A stretch of 64,000 nucleotides of DNA from a virus (IMGVR_UViG_2595698760_000001:1-64000), one strand, 5' to 3'; counted from the first letter of the stretch, positions 24,305 to 34,478 are shown. Numbers and translations: made by a program. The notes: generated by a model not told the origin, from the sequence alone.

Positions 24305-26886
24305 ACCTGAGATATATGGTGTTTGACGAAAGTCAGACAGTATTCCCAGTTTGTTTCTTGACCAAAACCCTCAGTCGCAAAGACCAGTTTGAAACCTATG
24401 TAGAGCCGTATGGCCTGCAGAGTCAGTCTGTGGTTTATCAACTACACCTGACCGGTAAGAACACGCCAGTGAAAGTGCAGAAGGAGTTCCTCGACCTACT
24501 GCTACCTGAACTGGCAGCTTTGCAAACTGACTACATTGTGGTCACGGACTCGGGGTACTTTAAAACGTTGACGAAGCTGAAGAAGGCAGATGCCAGTTAT
24601 GGCTATGTTCTTCCCTGCGCCATTACGGGCTATGAGCACATCAATGTGGTTATCGTCCCAAGCAGTCAGCTACTGTTTTATCAGCCACAACTGAAAACCA
24701 AGATTGCTCAGGGCATGGAAGCACTCGTTGCTCACCAGGCCGGCCAGTATCAGCCGCCGGGTATCGACATCATTCACTTTGCCGACTATCCCGAAACTCC
24801 CACAGAGATTCAGGCATGGCTCGACAAGCTGATTGACACCCCGCTGGCCATGGATATTGAGGCGTTCAGCCTGAAGCACTGGTCTGCAGGCATCGGAACC
24901 ATCACGCTCTGCTGGTCACAGCATGAGGGCATTGCCTTCACGGTGGACTATCAACGTGACCCGGTGGAAGCCCAAATCATCCGTGGGATGTTGAGGGATT
25001 GGTTCACCCGTAGGGTTGCCAGAACCATGTGGCACCGGATTGCGTATGACGGTTATGTGCTGGTGTACCAGTTGTTCATGAAGCACCTGCTCGACACGGA
25101 AGGTTTACTGACCGGTCTGCGGATAATGCTCAGGAACTTCGATGACACCCTGCTCATCACGTATCTGGCCACCAACAACTGTGGTGGTAATGAACTGGGC
25201 CTCAAAGCTCAGAGTCAGGAGTTCACCGGCAACTATGCGGTGGAGGACATCGACGACATTACCAAAATCCCCAAAAAGGATTTGCTGCAGTACAACCTCA
25301 TTGATGGCCTGGCCACCTGGTACGTGTACAACAAGAACTGGCCGAAGATGGTCGAGGATAACCAACTCGATATTTATCAGACGCTGTTCAAGCCATCCAT
25401 GTATGACATTATCCAGATGCAGCTCACAGGGCTTCCTGTGGACATGGAGGAGGTTGCACGGGGTAAAGAGATACTTCGCCAGGATTGGCAGTCTGCGCTC
25501 GACAGAATGGCTGCTACGGAGCCTGTGCAGGACTTCATCAAACAGATGAACCTGGACTGGGTGGACTGGAAGAACTCCACTCTGAAGAAGAAGCAGGTCA
25601 CCCTGCTGGATGCGACAGAGACATTCAACCCGAACTCTGGGCCTCAACTGCAGAAGCTGCTGTATGAGCAACTGAAACTGCCTGTACTGGACTTCACCGA
25701 TTCCAAGCTCCCTGCCACCGGCGGGAAGACGCTGAAGAAGCTGGTGAACCATACGGAAGACCCTGACACTCTGGCACTGCTGGAGGCGCTCATCGACTTC
25801 AAGGCGGTGGACAAGATACTGGTGGCTTTCATCCCGGCATTTGAGGCAGCGCCTCAGGGGCCAGATGGCTGGCATTATCTGTTCGGCAACTTCAACCTGG
25901 GTGGCACGGTCTCGGGCCGGCTCAGCAGTAATGGGCCAAACCTGCAGAACCTGCCGGCCACCGGCAGCAAGTATGCCAAGGTCATCAAACAGATGTTTAA
26001 GGCTCCGCCTGGATGGTTGTTTATCGGTCTGGATTATTCCTCTCTGGAGGACAGAATCTCAGCCCTAACAACCAAAGACCCGAACAAGCTGAAGGTGTAT
26101 ACCGATGGCTATGACGGTCACTGCCTGCGGGCACATGCTTACTTCGGTGAGCACATGCCGGACATCGACTTTGAGTCAGTGGATAGCATCAACTCCATCG
26201 ACAAACTGTATAAGGACTGGCGCCAGAAGTCGAAGGCACCAACCTTTGCACTGACCTACCAGGGAACCTACTCCACGCTGATGAACAACTGTGGCTTCAG
26301 CAAAGAGTTGGCCATGCAGGTTGAGGCCAGGTATCACGAGCTTTATGTCGTGAGTACCCAGTGGGTGAAAGACAAGCTGGAGCAAGCCTGCAAAGACGGT
26401 TACGTCACTGCGGCGTTCGGTCTGCGAGTCAGAACCCCAATGCTGGGTCAGACTGTGCTGGGCGTGAAGTGTACTCCCCGGGAAGCAGCCGCCGAAGGCA
26501 GGACTGCCGGCAACGCTCTGGGACAGAGCTGGGGTCTGTTAAATACACGAGCTGTAATGGCATTCATGAAGAATGTGCGGGTGTCCGAACACCGCCTGAC
26601 TATCAGGCCATGTGCGCAGATTCATGATGCAAACTATTACATCGTGAAGGACGACATTGATGTTGTGCAGTGGCTCAACGAAAAGCTCGTCGAGGAAGTG
26701 AAGTGGCAGGAGCATCCTGACATTGCACACGACGAAGTGAAACTGGGCGGAGAGGTGTCTATCTTCTATCCGAACTGGGCTAACGACATCACTATCCCCA
26801 ATGGCGCCAGCCAGGCAGAGATTAAATCTATCTCGGCACTTGGACTGGATAAATATTTGCATCCAGAGAAGTACCCTAAAAAATGA
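24301..26886 (+). CDS. Family-A DNA polymerase with N-terminal 3'-5' proofreading exonuclease
   Basis: Exo I motif AMDIEAF. Pol motif A LDYSSLEDRI and motif B RQKSKAPTFALTYQG. 861 aa. N4 gp39-like position. Confidence 0.9.
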   Translation: MNLRYMVFDESQTVFPVCFLTKTLSRKDQFETYVEPYGLQSQSVVYQLHLTGKNTPVKVQKEFLDLLLPELAALQTDYIVVTDSGYFKTLTKLKKADASYGYVLPCAITGYEHINVVIVPSSQLLFYQPQLKTKIAQGMEALVAHQAGQYQPPGIDIIHFADYPETPTEIQAWLDKLIDTPLAMDIEAFSLKHWSAGIGTITLCWSQHEGIAFTVDYQRDPVEAQIIRGMLRDWFTRRVARTMWHRIAYDGYVLVYQLFMKHLLDTEGLLTGLRIMLRNFDDTLLITYLATNNCGGNELGLKAQSQEFTGNYAVEDIDDITKIPKKDLLQYNLIDGLATWYVYNKNWPKMVEDNQLDIYQTLFKPSMYDIIQMQLTGLPVDMEEVARGKEILRQDWQSALDRMAATEPVQDFIKQMNLDWVDWKNSTLKKKQVTLLDATETFNPNSGPQLQKLLYEQLKLPVLDFTDSKLPATGGKTLKKLVNHTEDPDTLALLEALIDFKAVDKILVAFIPAFEAAPQGPDGWHYLFGNFNLGGTVSGRLSSNGPNLQNLPATGSKYAKVIKQMFKAPPGWLFIGLDYSSLEDRISALTTKDPNKLKVYTDGYDGHCLRAHAYFGEHMPDIDFESVDSINSIDKLYKDWRQKSKAPTFALTYQGTYSTLMNNCGFSKELAMQVEARYHELYVVSTQWVKDKLEQACKDGYVTAAFGLRVRTPMLGQTVLGVKCTPREAAAEGRTAGNALGQSWGLLNTRAVMAFMKNVRVSEHRLTIRPCAQIHDANYYIVKDDIDVVQWLNEKLVEEVKWQEHPDIAHDEVKLGGEVSIFYPNWANDITIPNGASQAEIKSISALGLDKYLHPEKYPKK

Positions 26887-27194
26887 CCGATGTACTGAAG
26901 GAAGTGACGGCGGCAGTTGCCGCCCCGGAGCTGACCGGTGGCCGGGTAAATTATTACCTGGTTCAGGTCGAAGACCCGCAGCGTGAAGACCAGGAGCCTT
27001 ACCAGGCAGAGTGTGAGGATATTATCCTGGCACTGGGCCTGACCTTCGATGAAGGCTGTCTGTTCAAAGCGCTGTGGCGCCGAGCCAATGCACGGAAAGG
27101 GAATGGCAAGCCTGGTGCGAAGGATGTATACGACGCAGAAAAGATTGCCCATTACGCCGGCCGCATCCTGCGGTCAGCAAAACATCATGGTTAA
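26883..27194 (+). CDS. Hypothetical protein (103 aa)
   Basis: ATGA junction. Confidence 0.55.
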   Translation: MTDVLKEVTAAVAAPELTGGRVNYYLVQVEDPQREDQEPYQAECEDIILALGLTFDEGCLFKALWRRANARKGNGKPGAKDVYDAEKIAHYAGRILRSAKHHG

Positions 27195-27267
27195 ATCAGC
27201 CTGGCACTTATAAGATATTGGCGGGAGAGGTACACTTCCCGCCTACATCCAACTAAGTGAGACTGAC

Positions 27268-27594
27268 ATGACTCAAATTGCTTTCAAGCGTGGTGCAACC
27301 TTCGCTTATCAAATTGAGATTCCTGCCGATTACAAAGATGGATATTTCGCGTCCTGGTCAGCACATGCGCAACTGCGTAAACGTGGTTCTGACCAAGACA
27401 ATGGTTTGATTGCTAATCTGACAGCAGAGTGGGATTCGTTGAAGAAAACTCGCCACGTCCTGATTGGCCATCCCATTACCGAGCACTGGCCATTGGGTGA
27501 AGCTGAACTGGACATCTTGTTCGTCTCATCATCTGGCTTTCGTATTCGGAGCGAAACTATCCGTGTAACGATTGAGCGAGGAATCACACGATGA
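27268..27594 (+). CDS. Hypothetical protein (108 aa)
   Basis: ATGA junction with the fibre-like gene. Confidence 0.55.
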   Translation: MTQIAFKRGATFAYQIEIPADYKDGYFASWSAHAQLRKRGSDQDNGLIANLTAEWDSLKKTRHVLIGHPITEHWPLGEAELDILFVSSSGFRIRSETIRVTIERGITR

Positions 27595-29927
27595 GCACTT
27601 CTGTTTCCAATCCATCCAGCGTCATTAAGCTGGGGCCGGTGACGGCTCTGGTAGAAGGCCCGCCGGGTACACCAGGTAGCCCAGGCAATCCTGGCCCAGA
27701 GGGCAAATCCTCGTTTGAACTGTGGCTGGCACAGTCCGGCAATTCAGGTAAAACGCTGGATGACTTCTTTGAAGCCTACCGCGGCAACGGTTTAAATAAC
27801 CGGGGCCAGTTCGTCATGGGCCAAAGCTACAAGATGAATGACTATGTTGTGGCCGCTGGCTCCAACACTGACTCTGCCATCTTCTTCTGCAAATCTCCTG
27901 ATTCGTTTGTGTCTACAGCACAGCCTCGAAGTGACTCTGGTCACTGGACTGAGCTTGTGGCGCCAGCCGGAGCCAATGGCAAATCCGTTGAGCTGCGTAA
28001 ATCGGATACCCACCTGCAATGGCGGGTGCAGGATGAAGCTGAATGGAATGACCTGATTGCGCTCAGTGAGCTGAAAGTCAAAGGTGACCCTGGGGCCGAC
28101 GGTAAGTCGTTCTCTGTGGATGCCTCTGGCCCGACAGCAAACCGGAGCCAATATGACAACCAGGCATTGGGCTTCTCATTCCTCGATACCACTACCGGCT
28201 ACCTGTATATCCATGGTGAAGGTGATGGTGTCTGGTCTGACCCTATCCCATTCAAAGGTGATAAGGGTGATGACGGTGCAAACATCGAGTTTCAGAAAAC
28301 AGCCACTTATATTCAGTGGCGTCCTGTTGGCTCGACTCAGTGGTTCAATCTGGTTCCGCTCAGCGAACTTGCTGGCGCTACCGGTAAAAACATTGAGCTG
28401 CAGGCTACCACGGATTATATCCAGTGGCGGGTTGCAGGCAGCACAACATGGACTAACCTTGTTCAGTTGGCCAGCTTGCAAGGCAAAGCAGGTACTGACG
28501 GAGCGACATGGTTATCAGGTAACACTGGGCCAAGCAACTCTGCCGGTAAAGTAGGAGACTTCTGGCTCAACACTGCTACCGGTGAAATCAGTAAGAAGAC
28601 AGGCACCTCAGCCTGGACTATCCAACTGACCCTACCAACCGGGCCTTCTTCTGGTGGTTCCACCTGGCTGTTAACGACTACTGACCCGACGACCTCTCAA
28701 GGTAGTGATGGGCAGTGGGCACTGAACAGTGCGAAGGGAACCATCTGGAACAAAGGTGGCAGCACCTGGAACAAGGTGATGGGCATCCCAGCATTTGCCA
28801 CATTGGATGATGCTGTGGCCGCTACCGATTACACCCTGGCAATGTCGCCGGCCCGAGTCCGTGAGTACATGGAATCGTTTGGCCTGACGGCAAAGTTCAC
28901 CACCACCCTTGCTGACCTTAATACGTCAGTTCGCGGTGAATTCTTCAACTATAACGCTGACACCTTGCACCATCCGGGCACTGGTGGTTATGGACGAGGA
29001 ATCACTATTCCGTCTGGCGATGGGTATTCAACTCAGTTGGCTATCGAAAACGACAGCAATCTGATGTATGTCCGATACCAGACGGCAGGTGCATGGGGAA
29101 CCTGGGCAGCAATCGGTGGCGGCGGTGGCTCAACCACGTTTGCGACTAATCCAGAAGCGCTGGCCGGTCAGTCACTGACCGTAGCAATGTCGCCTGGCAG
29201 AACCAGAGAATATCTGGAGAGCCTGGGCCTCGGCGCTAAGTTCACAACTGCACTGGCCAACCTGAATACCGCAGTGCGGTTCCAGCCATGGTCATGGAAT
29301 GACACCACTACTAATACTCCGGCAGCGGGGTCTTACGGACGTGGTTTCACGCTTCCTTCTGGTGACGGGTATGTCACTCAAATCGGTATCGTCAACGACA
29401 CCGGTAAGATGTATATCCGTTATCAGAGCGGCGCTTCCACCTGGTCAACGTGGACTGCACTCGGCGGCTCGTCTGGTGGCGGGGCAAGCATCCCTGCAGC
29501 CACAATGCCAGCGGATAAAACCCTGAACGCTTCTTCTGCTACAGCCATGGGCTTCACTGGTTCAGTGCTGCCTGTGGTCGGTAAGCTGTATTCGTTCAAG
29601 GCAATCCTGTTAACCCAGGGGCCGGCAGGCGCTACCTTCAGCATTAAGATGGTGAAGCTGGGTGCTCAGTTCTATCGTATCGATGTGCGGTCACCAAACG
29701 CTTCAGGAGCCATCACAAGCTCCGTATCTACCCAATCGGGTGTAGCGGCCACCGGTTGTACCGGCGCTGTCCAGGATGGCATTACAGTCATCGAAGGGCT
29801 TATCCACTTCAACTATGTTGATACGGCTATGCCTGACCTGACTATCCAGCTCGCCACCGGCGACTGGGCAACCATCCTGAAAAACAGCTCGTACACTTTG
29901 ACCCCAATCGGTGACGTTGCTTTGTAA
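27591..29927 (+). CDS. Tail-fibre-like protein (778 aa) with collagen-like Gly-X-Y stretch, three ~35-aa QWR repeats and two ~110-aa tandem repeats
   Basis: GPPGTPGSPGNPGPEG followed by KSSFELWLAQSGNSGKTLDDFFEAYRG, which resembles the SAYEIA...EWLASLKG fibre motif. Repeats of the form xELxxTxT[HY][IL]QWRxxxxxxWxxLxxLSEL. Duplicated block AMSPxRxREY[LM]ESxGLxAKFTTxLAxLNTxVR...GYGRGxTxPSGDGY. Confidence 0.55.
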   Translation: MSTSVSNPSSVIKLGPVTALVEGPPGTPGSPGNPGPEGKSSFELWLAQSGNSGKTLDDFFEAYRGNGLNNRGQFVMGQSYKMNDYVVAAGSNTDSAIFFCKSPDSFVSTAQPRSDSGHWTELVAPAGANGKSVELRKSDTHLQWRVQDEAEWNDLIALSELKVKGDPGADGKSFSVDASGPTANRSQYDNQALGFSFLDTTTGYLYIHGEGDGVWSDPIPFKGDKGDDGANIEFQKTATYIQWRPVGSTQWFNLVPLSELAGATGKNIELQATTDYIQWRVAGSTTWTNLVQLASLQGKAGTDGATWLSGNTGPSNSAGKVGDFWLNTATGEISKKTGTSAWTIQLTLPTGPSSGGSTWLLTTTDPTTSQGSDGQWALNSAKGTIWNKGGSTWNKVMGIPAFATLDDAVAATDYTLAMSPARVREYMESFGLTAKFTTTLADLNTSVRGEFFNYNADTLHHPGTGGYGRGITIPSGDGYSTQLAIENDSNLMYVRYQTAGAWGTWAAIGGGGGSTTFATNPEALAGQSLTVAMSPGRTREYLESLGLGAKFTTALANLNTAVRFQPWSWNDTTTNTPAAGSYGRGFTLPSGDGYVTQIGIVNDTGKMYIRYQSGASTWSTWTALGGSSGGGASIPAATMPADKTLNASSATAMGFTGSVLPVVGKLYSFKAILLTQGPAGATFSIKMVKLGAQFYRIDVRSPNASGAITSSVSTQSGVAATGCTGAVQDGITVIEGLIHFNYVDTAMPDLTIQLATGDWATILKNSSYTLTPIGDVAL

Positions 29928-29949
29928 ACCCGCTTTTATTTCTAACCAT

Positions 29950-29977
29950 AAAAGGTCACAATTCGTGGCCTTTTTTT
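29950..29977 (+). terminator. Rho-independent terminator (AAAGGTCAC-AATTC-GTGGCCTTT followed by a T7 run)
   Basis: 10-bp stem with one G·U pair followed by ttttttt. Confidence 0.8.
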
Positions 29978-29996
29978 ATGCCCAACCGGAGCAATC

Positions 29997-30353
29997 ATGT
30001 CTAAGAAAACCACTGCACCTCAGCCTACTGAAGTCCCAATGTCCAACTTCTGGATGGTCGTTGGTGTGCTGTCATTTAAGGTTGCAGGCCAGACTGAACC
30101 AATGTTCATCAAGGCCAACGTGCTGACTTCTACTCCTGAGCAGAAGTTCAACCACATGGCAATGGACTCGGTGCATCGTCAGTTCGCACGTCGTCTGCAT
30201 GAGCAGCAGAACGTGAACCCGAACGACATCACCAGCATCACCATTGAAAACATCTGCTACCTCGGTTACATGACCGACGAAGAGATGTTCGGCCCGCAGA
30301 AAGCTGACGAGGCGCCAAAGGCTGATGAAGCTCCAACAGCTCATCACGGCTAA
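29997..30353 (+). CDS. Hypothetical protein (118 aa)
   Basis: GGAGCAATCATG start context. Confidence 0.55.
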   Translation: MSKKTTAPQPTEVPMSNFWMVVGVLSFKVAGQTEPMFIKANVLTSTPEQKFNHMAMDSVHRQFARRLHEQQNVNPNDITSITIENICYLGYMTDEEMFGPQKADEAPKADEAPTAHHG

Positions 30354-30597
30354 TGGCAAGGTTCAGTCCGTACAGGACTGGGCCACCGAGTTAGGTATTG
30401 AGCCAGGCACTCTCCTGAAAAGGTTAGAGGTAATGGCTCCAGAAAAGGCACTGGTATCCGGTCGGTTGAACGAATGGAAGCACGGTACTCGTACCGGCTA
30501 CGAGATGCACAAATGCAGGTGTGATGCCTGCAGGCGAGCCAACTCAGTTCACCACCGGAAGTTATATGCACAGCGCAAGCGGGCAAAAAATCCATGA
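30325..30597 (+). CDS. Hypothetical basic protein (90 aa) with a CRCDAC motif
   Basis: Track ORF. ATGA junction with thyX. Confidence 0.45.
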   Translation: MKLQQLITANGKVQSVQDWATELGIEPGTLLKRLEVMAPEKALVSGRLNEWKHGTRTGYEMHKCRCDACRRANSVHHRKLYAQRKRAKNP

Positions 30598-31268
30598 AAG
30601 CAACTCTGGTTTCATCTCCAAAGTTCCACCTGCCATTCCTGGCGGGTAAATCAGTAGCAGAAGGCATCATCTATCTGGCTCGTATTACCAGCGAGCAGCA
30701 GGAAAACGAGTCCTACAAAGGGCTGTTAAAGTACCTCATGCGTGAAGGCCACTGGTCTCCATTCGACATGCTTAACCTGGTCATTGAAGTGGAATGTGAA
30801 CGTGACGTGTCACGTCAGATTCTGCGCCACCCATTCCTGCCTCAGGAGTGGTCACAGCGTTACGGCGATGCGTCGGACATGCTGGTGAGCAAAGCCCGGG
30901 AAACCCGTATCCAGGACGTCCACAACCGTCAGAACAGCTTTAAGTGTGATGACCCGGCACTGGATAACTGGTGGCAGACCAAGCAGGTAGAGCTGCTGGA
31001 TTTGGTCGGCGACACTTATAAGCAGGCCATCAACAAAGGCATTGCCAAAGAAGTGGCCCGAGCCATCCTGCCAGAAGGGTTGACCACAACCCGCATGTAC
31101 CTGAATGGTTCCGTCCGTACCTGGCTGTTTTACCTGAAAGCCCGTATGCACAGCTCGACTCAAAAAGAGCATCGTGTTCTGGCGTTCCAGGTGAAAACCA
31201 TCCTTGAGAGTCTGTCTCCTGAGCTGTGGGCTGCGTTCAAAGAATTGCACATCGACGCCCAGAGCTAA
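30594..31268 (+). CDS. thyX: Flavin-dependent thymidylate synthase ThyX
   Basis: ThyX signature LRHPFLPQEWSQRY resembling RHR-x7-S-x-RY. Segment GSVRTWLFYLKARMHSSTQKEHRVLAFQV resembles ThyX R...W...R...AQ.EIR. Confidence 0.65.
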   Translation: MKATLVSSPKFHLPFLAGKSVAEGIIYLARITSEQQENESYKGLLKYLMREGHWSPFDMLNLVIEVECERDVSRQILRHPFLPQEWSQRYGDASDMLVSKARETRIQDVHNRQNSFKCDDPALDNWWQTKQVELLDLVGDTYKQAINKGIAKEVARAILPEGLTTTRMYLNGSVRTWLFYLKARMHSSTQKEHRVLAFQVKTILESLSPELWAAFKELHIDAQS

Positions 31269-31319
31269 TTGGTTAGGGAGGTGGTATTCTTCTGCCACTT
31301 CCCCAACTCAGGAGTCCTG

Positions 31320-32300
31320 ATGAAATTAACCAATAACACTGGGCTATCTCTGCCCATTGCCGTCTGGCTTGCCACCGATGAATATGATTCGGTGCCGCTG
31401 CCCAATTACATCTCCGCTACCAGTTTGCTGAAACCATTACGTGTCATCGTACTGGCCCGCCGGCTTGCCGCGGCAGGAGCTGTAAAAGGCGGTGACGTGT
31501 CTGCATTGATTGCTCCCCGCTTCGGGACAGCGATGCACGACAGCATTGAAAAAGCATGGACAGGCAATCATCAGAAGGCTCTGAAGACCTTGGGCTTCCC
31601 AGACAAGGTAGCTGAAAGCATCCGCATCAACCCTGAGGTTGAGGAGCCAGGCACCGTACCGGTATACCTGGAGCTGCGGGTACAGAAGCCAATTGCCGGG
31701 TTTATCGTGGGTGGCAAGTTTGACATGGTGGCCGACGGCCGACTGTACGACTTCAAGACCACATCCACCTACACCTACATGTACAACACCAACGAGAATG
31801 ACTACCGGATGCAAGGTAGCATTTATCGCTGGCTCAACCCTGAGAAGGTGAAAGATGACCACATTTACATCCAGTATATTTTTACGGACTGGAGTCTCGC
31901 TAATGGTCGGGGAAATCCTGGCTATCCTGGGTCTCGGATTCTTGAGTTTCCTGTTTCCCTTTTAAGCGTACAGGAAACTGAATCCTTCATCCGTCGAAAA
32001 CTTGGGCAGGTAGCGAAGCTCGCCAACGTACCCGAGTCTCAGCTTCCCGAATGTAATGACGAAGAACTCTGGCGGTCACCGGCAAAATTCAAATACTATT
32101 CCGACCCTGCGAAGGTAGGTGGCAAAGCCTCAAAGGTATTCGACGACCAGGCGGAAGCCAATCGTTGGAGAGCCATGAAGGGCAAAGGCATCGTTATCTA
32201 CGTGGGCGGAGAAGTTAAAGCCTGCCGTTACTGTCCGGTGTTCGGGGCTTGTACCCAGAAGGACAAGTACATTGCAGACGGGTCATTGAAACTTGATTGA
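31320..32300 (+). CDS. PD-(D/E)XK nuclease of the Cas4/RecB family with C-terminal Fe-S cysteine cluster
   Basis: AGGAG Shine-Dalgarno with ATG at 31320. Nuclease core FDMVADGRLYDFKT (D...D/E-x-K). C-terminal CRYCPVFGAC (C-x2-C-x5-C). Confidence 0.55.
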   Translation: MKLTNNTGLSLPIAVWLATDEYDSVPLPNYISATSLLKPLRVIVLARRLAAAGAVKGGDVSALIAPRFGTAMHDSIEKAWTGNHQKALKTLGFPDKVAESIRINPEVEEPGTVPVYLELRVQKPIAGFIVGGKFDMVADGRLYDFKTTSTYTYMYNTNENDYRMQGSIYRWLNPEKVKDDHIYIQYIFTDWSLANGRGNPGYPGSRILEFPVSLLSVQETESFIRRKLGQVAKLANVPESQLPECNDEELWRSPAKFKYYSDPAKVGGKASKVFDDQAEANRWRAMKGKGIVIYVGGEVKACRYCPVFGACTQKDKYIADGSLKLD

Positions 32301-34471
32301 GAATGTCTATGAGAGATTTATCAGCGGTCAATCCACACCCCGCCATTGAGGAAATCGTGGACGTACTCTGCAACAAAATTCAGAACAACGACCGACCGTT
32401 GTTCCGGGTGGTAGTAGCGTACTTCCTGGCCAAGATGGCTTCATCGATGCGTACCGTTGTCTTGACGAAAGACCGCGGCGAAGTACCCGTTAACTGCTAT
32501 GCCCTGCTCACAGCCGTCTCAGGCTCAGGAAAGGGGTATGGCATTAACATCATGGAGGACGAGTTCCTGAAAGGATTCAAAGACCGTTTCATGGCCGACA
32601 CGTTCCCCATCATCTCTGAAACCAGCCTGGTGAAACTGGCTGATGAACGAGCACTCCGCTCCGGCAAAACACCGGATGAGGAACTGGACAAAGCGCAGCG
32701 TGAGTTCAAAGCGCTGGGTGCATTGGCTTTCACATTCGACTCCGGTACTCCGGCGGCGATTAAGCAGATGCGCCAGAAGCTGTTAATGGGTGAGATTGGT
32801 TCCATCAACCTACAGATTGATGAAATCGGCTCCAACCTGATTAACTCGACCGATGTGCTGAACGTCTTCCTGGAGCTGTATGACCAGGGCCAGACCAAGC
32901 AGAAGCTGACGAAGAATACTGCGGAGAACCAACGAGCTGAAGAACTCGATGGTAAGACGCCGGCCAACATGCTGCTGTTCGGTACTCCGAGCAAGCTGCT
33001 GGATGGCGCCAAGACCGAAGACGAGTTCTACTCGTTCCTCGAAACTGGCTATGCACGTCGCTGTCTGTTTGCAAATGGTTCCCGTAAGCGGGCTGCTGAA
33101 ACGCTGACCCCGGCGGAGATTTATCATCGCCTGAGCCATTCAACTAACCAGGGCACCATTGATAAGTGGGCAGACCATTTCCGTCTGCTGGCTGACCCCA
33201 CGAAGTATAAGTGGGAAGTGGTGCAGGACGATTTAGTCGGCATTGAAATGCTGACGTACAAAATCGAATGTGAAGCTGCTGCCGACCTGCTGCCTGAACA
33301 CGAAGATGTGAAGAAGGCAGAACTCAGCCACCGCTATATGAAGGCGCTTAAACTGGCTGGTGCGCTGGCGTTCATTGACGAGTCAACTGACCTGACAATG
33401 ACCCATGCGCTCCAGGCTATCAAAATGGTTGAGGAGTCTGGCGCAGCTTTCCAGCAATTGCTGAACCGCGAGAAGTCCTACGTCAAGTTGGCCAAGTATC
33501 TGGCCGGCGCAGGACAGGAAGTAACTCACGCTGACCTGAACATTGCGCTGCCGTTCTATAAGACCGGTGCCGGTGCTCGAAACGAGCAGATGAGTCTGGC
33601 AATGGCCTGGGGCTATAAGAACAACATCATCATCAAGAAATCCTATGTCGAAGGCATTGAATTTTTTGCCGGGGAAACGCTCAAAGAGACTGACCTCGAC
33701 AAAATGGTGATTAGCTATTCCAACCATGTGGCCTACCGCTATCTCAGCGAAGAAGCCCCATTCAGTAAGATGGCTCAGTTGTTCGGCGCCCCGGGGTATC
33801 ATTGGGTGAACCATGGACTGGTACGTGGCAAGAACGGTGAAGGTCACCGTGATGGAACCAATGTGCTGCCAGGCTTCAACATGCTCGTGCTGGACATTGA
33901 TAGTGGTATCCCGCTGGCCACTGCACAGGAACTCATGAAGGAGTTTACCTTCATCACCTATACCACCAAGCGGCATCAGCAGCCTGGCTACGGTGACCGG
34001 TTCCGTATGGTGCTGCCAATGAAGTACACCCTCAAGCTCGACGAAGATGAGTTCAGTGAATTCATGCAGAACGTGTTCTCGTGGCTTCCGTTCGAGGTAG
34101 ACGATGAGACTGCTCAGCGCTGTCGCAAATGGGAATCCAACCCGGGAACCATCGACAGCAATGAGGGCGTGCTGTTCGACCCGTTACGCTTCATTCCGAA
34201 GACCTCGAAGAATGAGGAGTTCAAACGGAGCCGGACTGAGCTGGAAAGCCTCGACAATATCGAGCGTTGGTTTGCAGAGCGCATGGTCAGCGGTAGCCGC
34301 AATAACCATCTGCTGAAGTTTGCCATGATGTTGAAAGACGCAGGGCAACAGTATGCAGAGGTGGAGCAGCGTGTGCGTGAGTTTAACGCGAAGCTGTCCA
34401 ACCGTTTGCCTGAGGACGAAATCGAGAGAACGATTATCCGTTCACTGGCTAAAGCCTACTCCAACCCGTGA
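32297..34471 (+). CDS. Putative DNA primase (AEP/PrimPol-type DxD motif) with N-terminal ATPase-like region (N4 gp43-like position)
   Basis: 724 aa. MLVLDIDSG fits the hhhDhD motif I of archaeo-eukaryotic primases. N-terminal SGSGKG. Lies between the nuclease gene and the ATPase and SSB genes. Confidence 0.45.
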   Translation: MRMSMRDLSAVNPHPAIEEIVDVLCNKIQNNDRPLFRVVVAYFLAKMASSMRTVVLTKDRGEVPVNCYALLTAVSGSGKGYGINIMEDEFLKGFKDRFMADTFPIISETSLVKLADERALRSGKTPDEELDKAQREFKALGALAFTFDSGTPAAIKQMRQKLLMGEIGSINLQIDEIGSNLINSTDVLNVFLELYDQGQTKQKLTKNTAENQRAEELDGKTPANMLLFGTPSKLLDGAKTEDEFYSFLETGYARRCLFANGSRKRAAETLTPAEIYHRLSHSTNQGTIDKWADHFRLLADPTKYKWEVVQDDLVGIEMLTYKIECEAAADLLPEHEDVKKAELSHRYMKALKLAGALAFIDESTDLTMTHALQAIKMVEESGAAFQQLLNREKSYVKLAKYLAGAGQEVTHADLNIALPFYKTGAGARNEQMSLAMAWGYKNNIIIKKSYVEGIEFFAGETLKETDLDKMVISYSNHVAYRYLSEEAPFSKMAQLFGAPGYHWVNHGLVRGKNGEGHRDGTNVLPGFNMLVLDIDSGIPLATAQELMKEFTFITYTTKRHQQPGYGDRFRMVLPMKYTLKLDEDEFSEFMQNVFSWLPFEVDDETAQRCRKWESNPGTIDSNEGVLFDPLRFIPKTSKNEEFKRSRTELESLDNIERWFAERMVSGSRNNHLLKFAMMLKDAGQQYAEVEQRVREFNAKLSNRLPEDEIERTIIRSLAKAYSNP

Positions 34472-34478
34472 GGAACCA

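Noticed and set aside
25105-25875. 256-aa − strand ORF inside the DNA polymerase gene
   Set aside because: It is antisense to a gene with pol A, B and exo motifs. Leu/Arg/Gln-rich shadow ORF.
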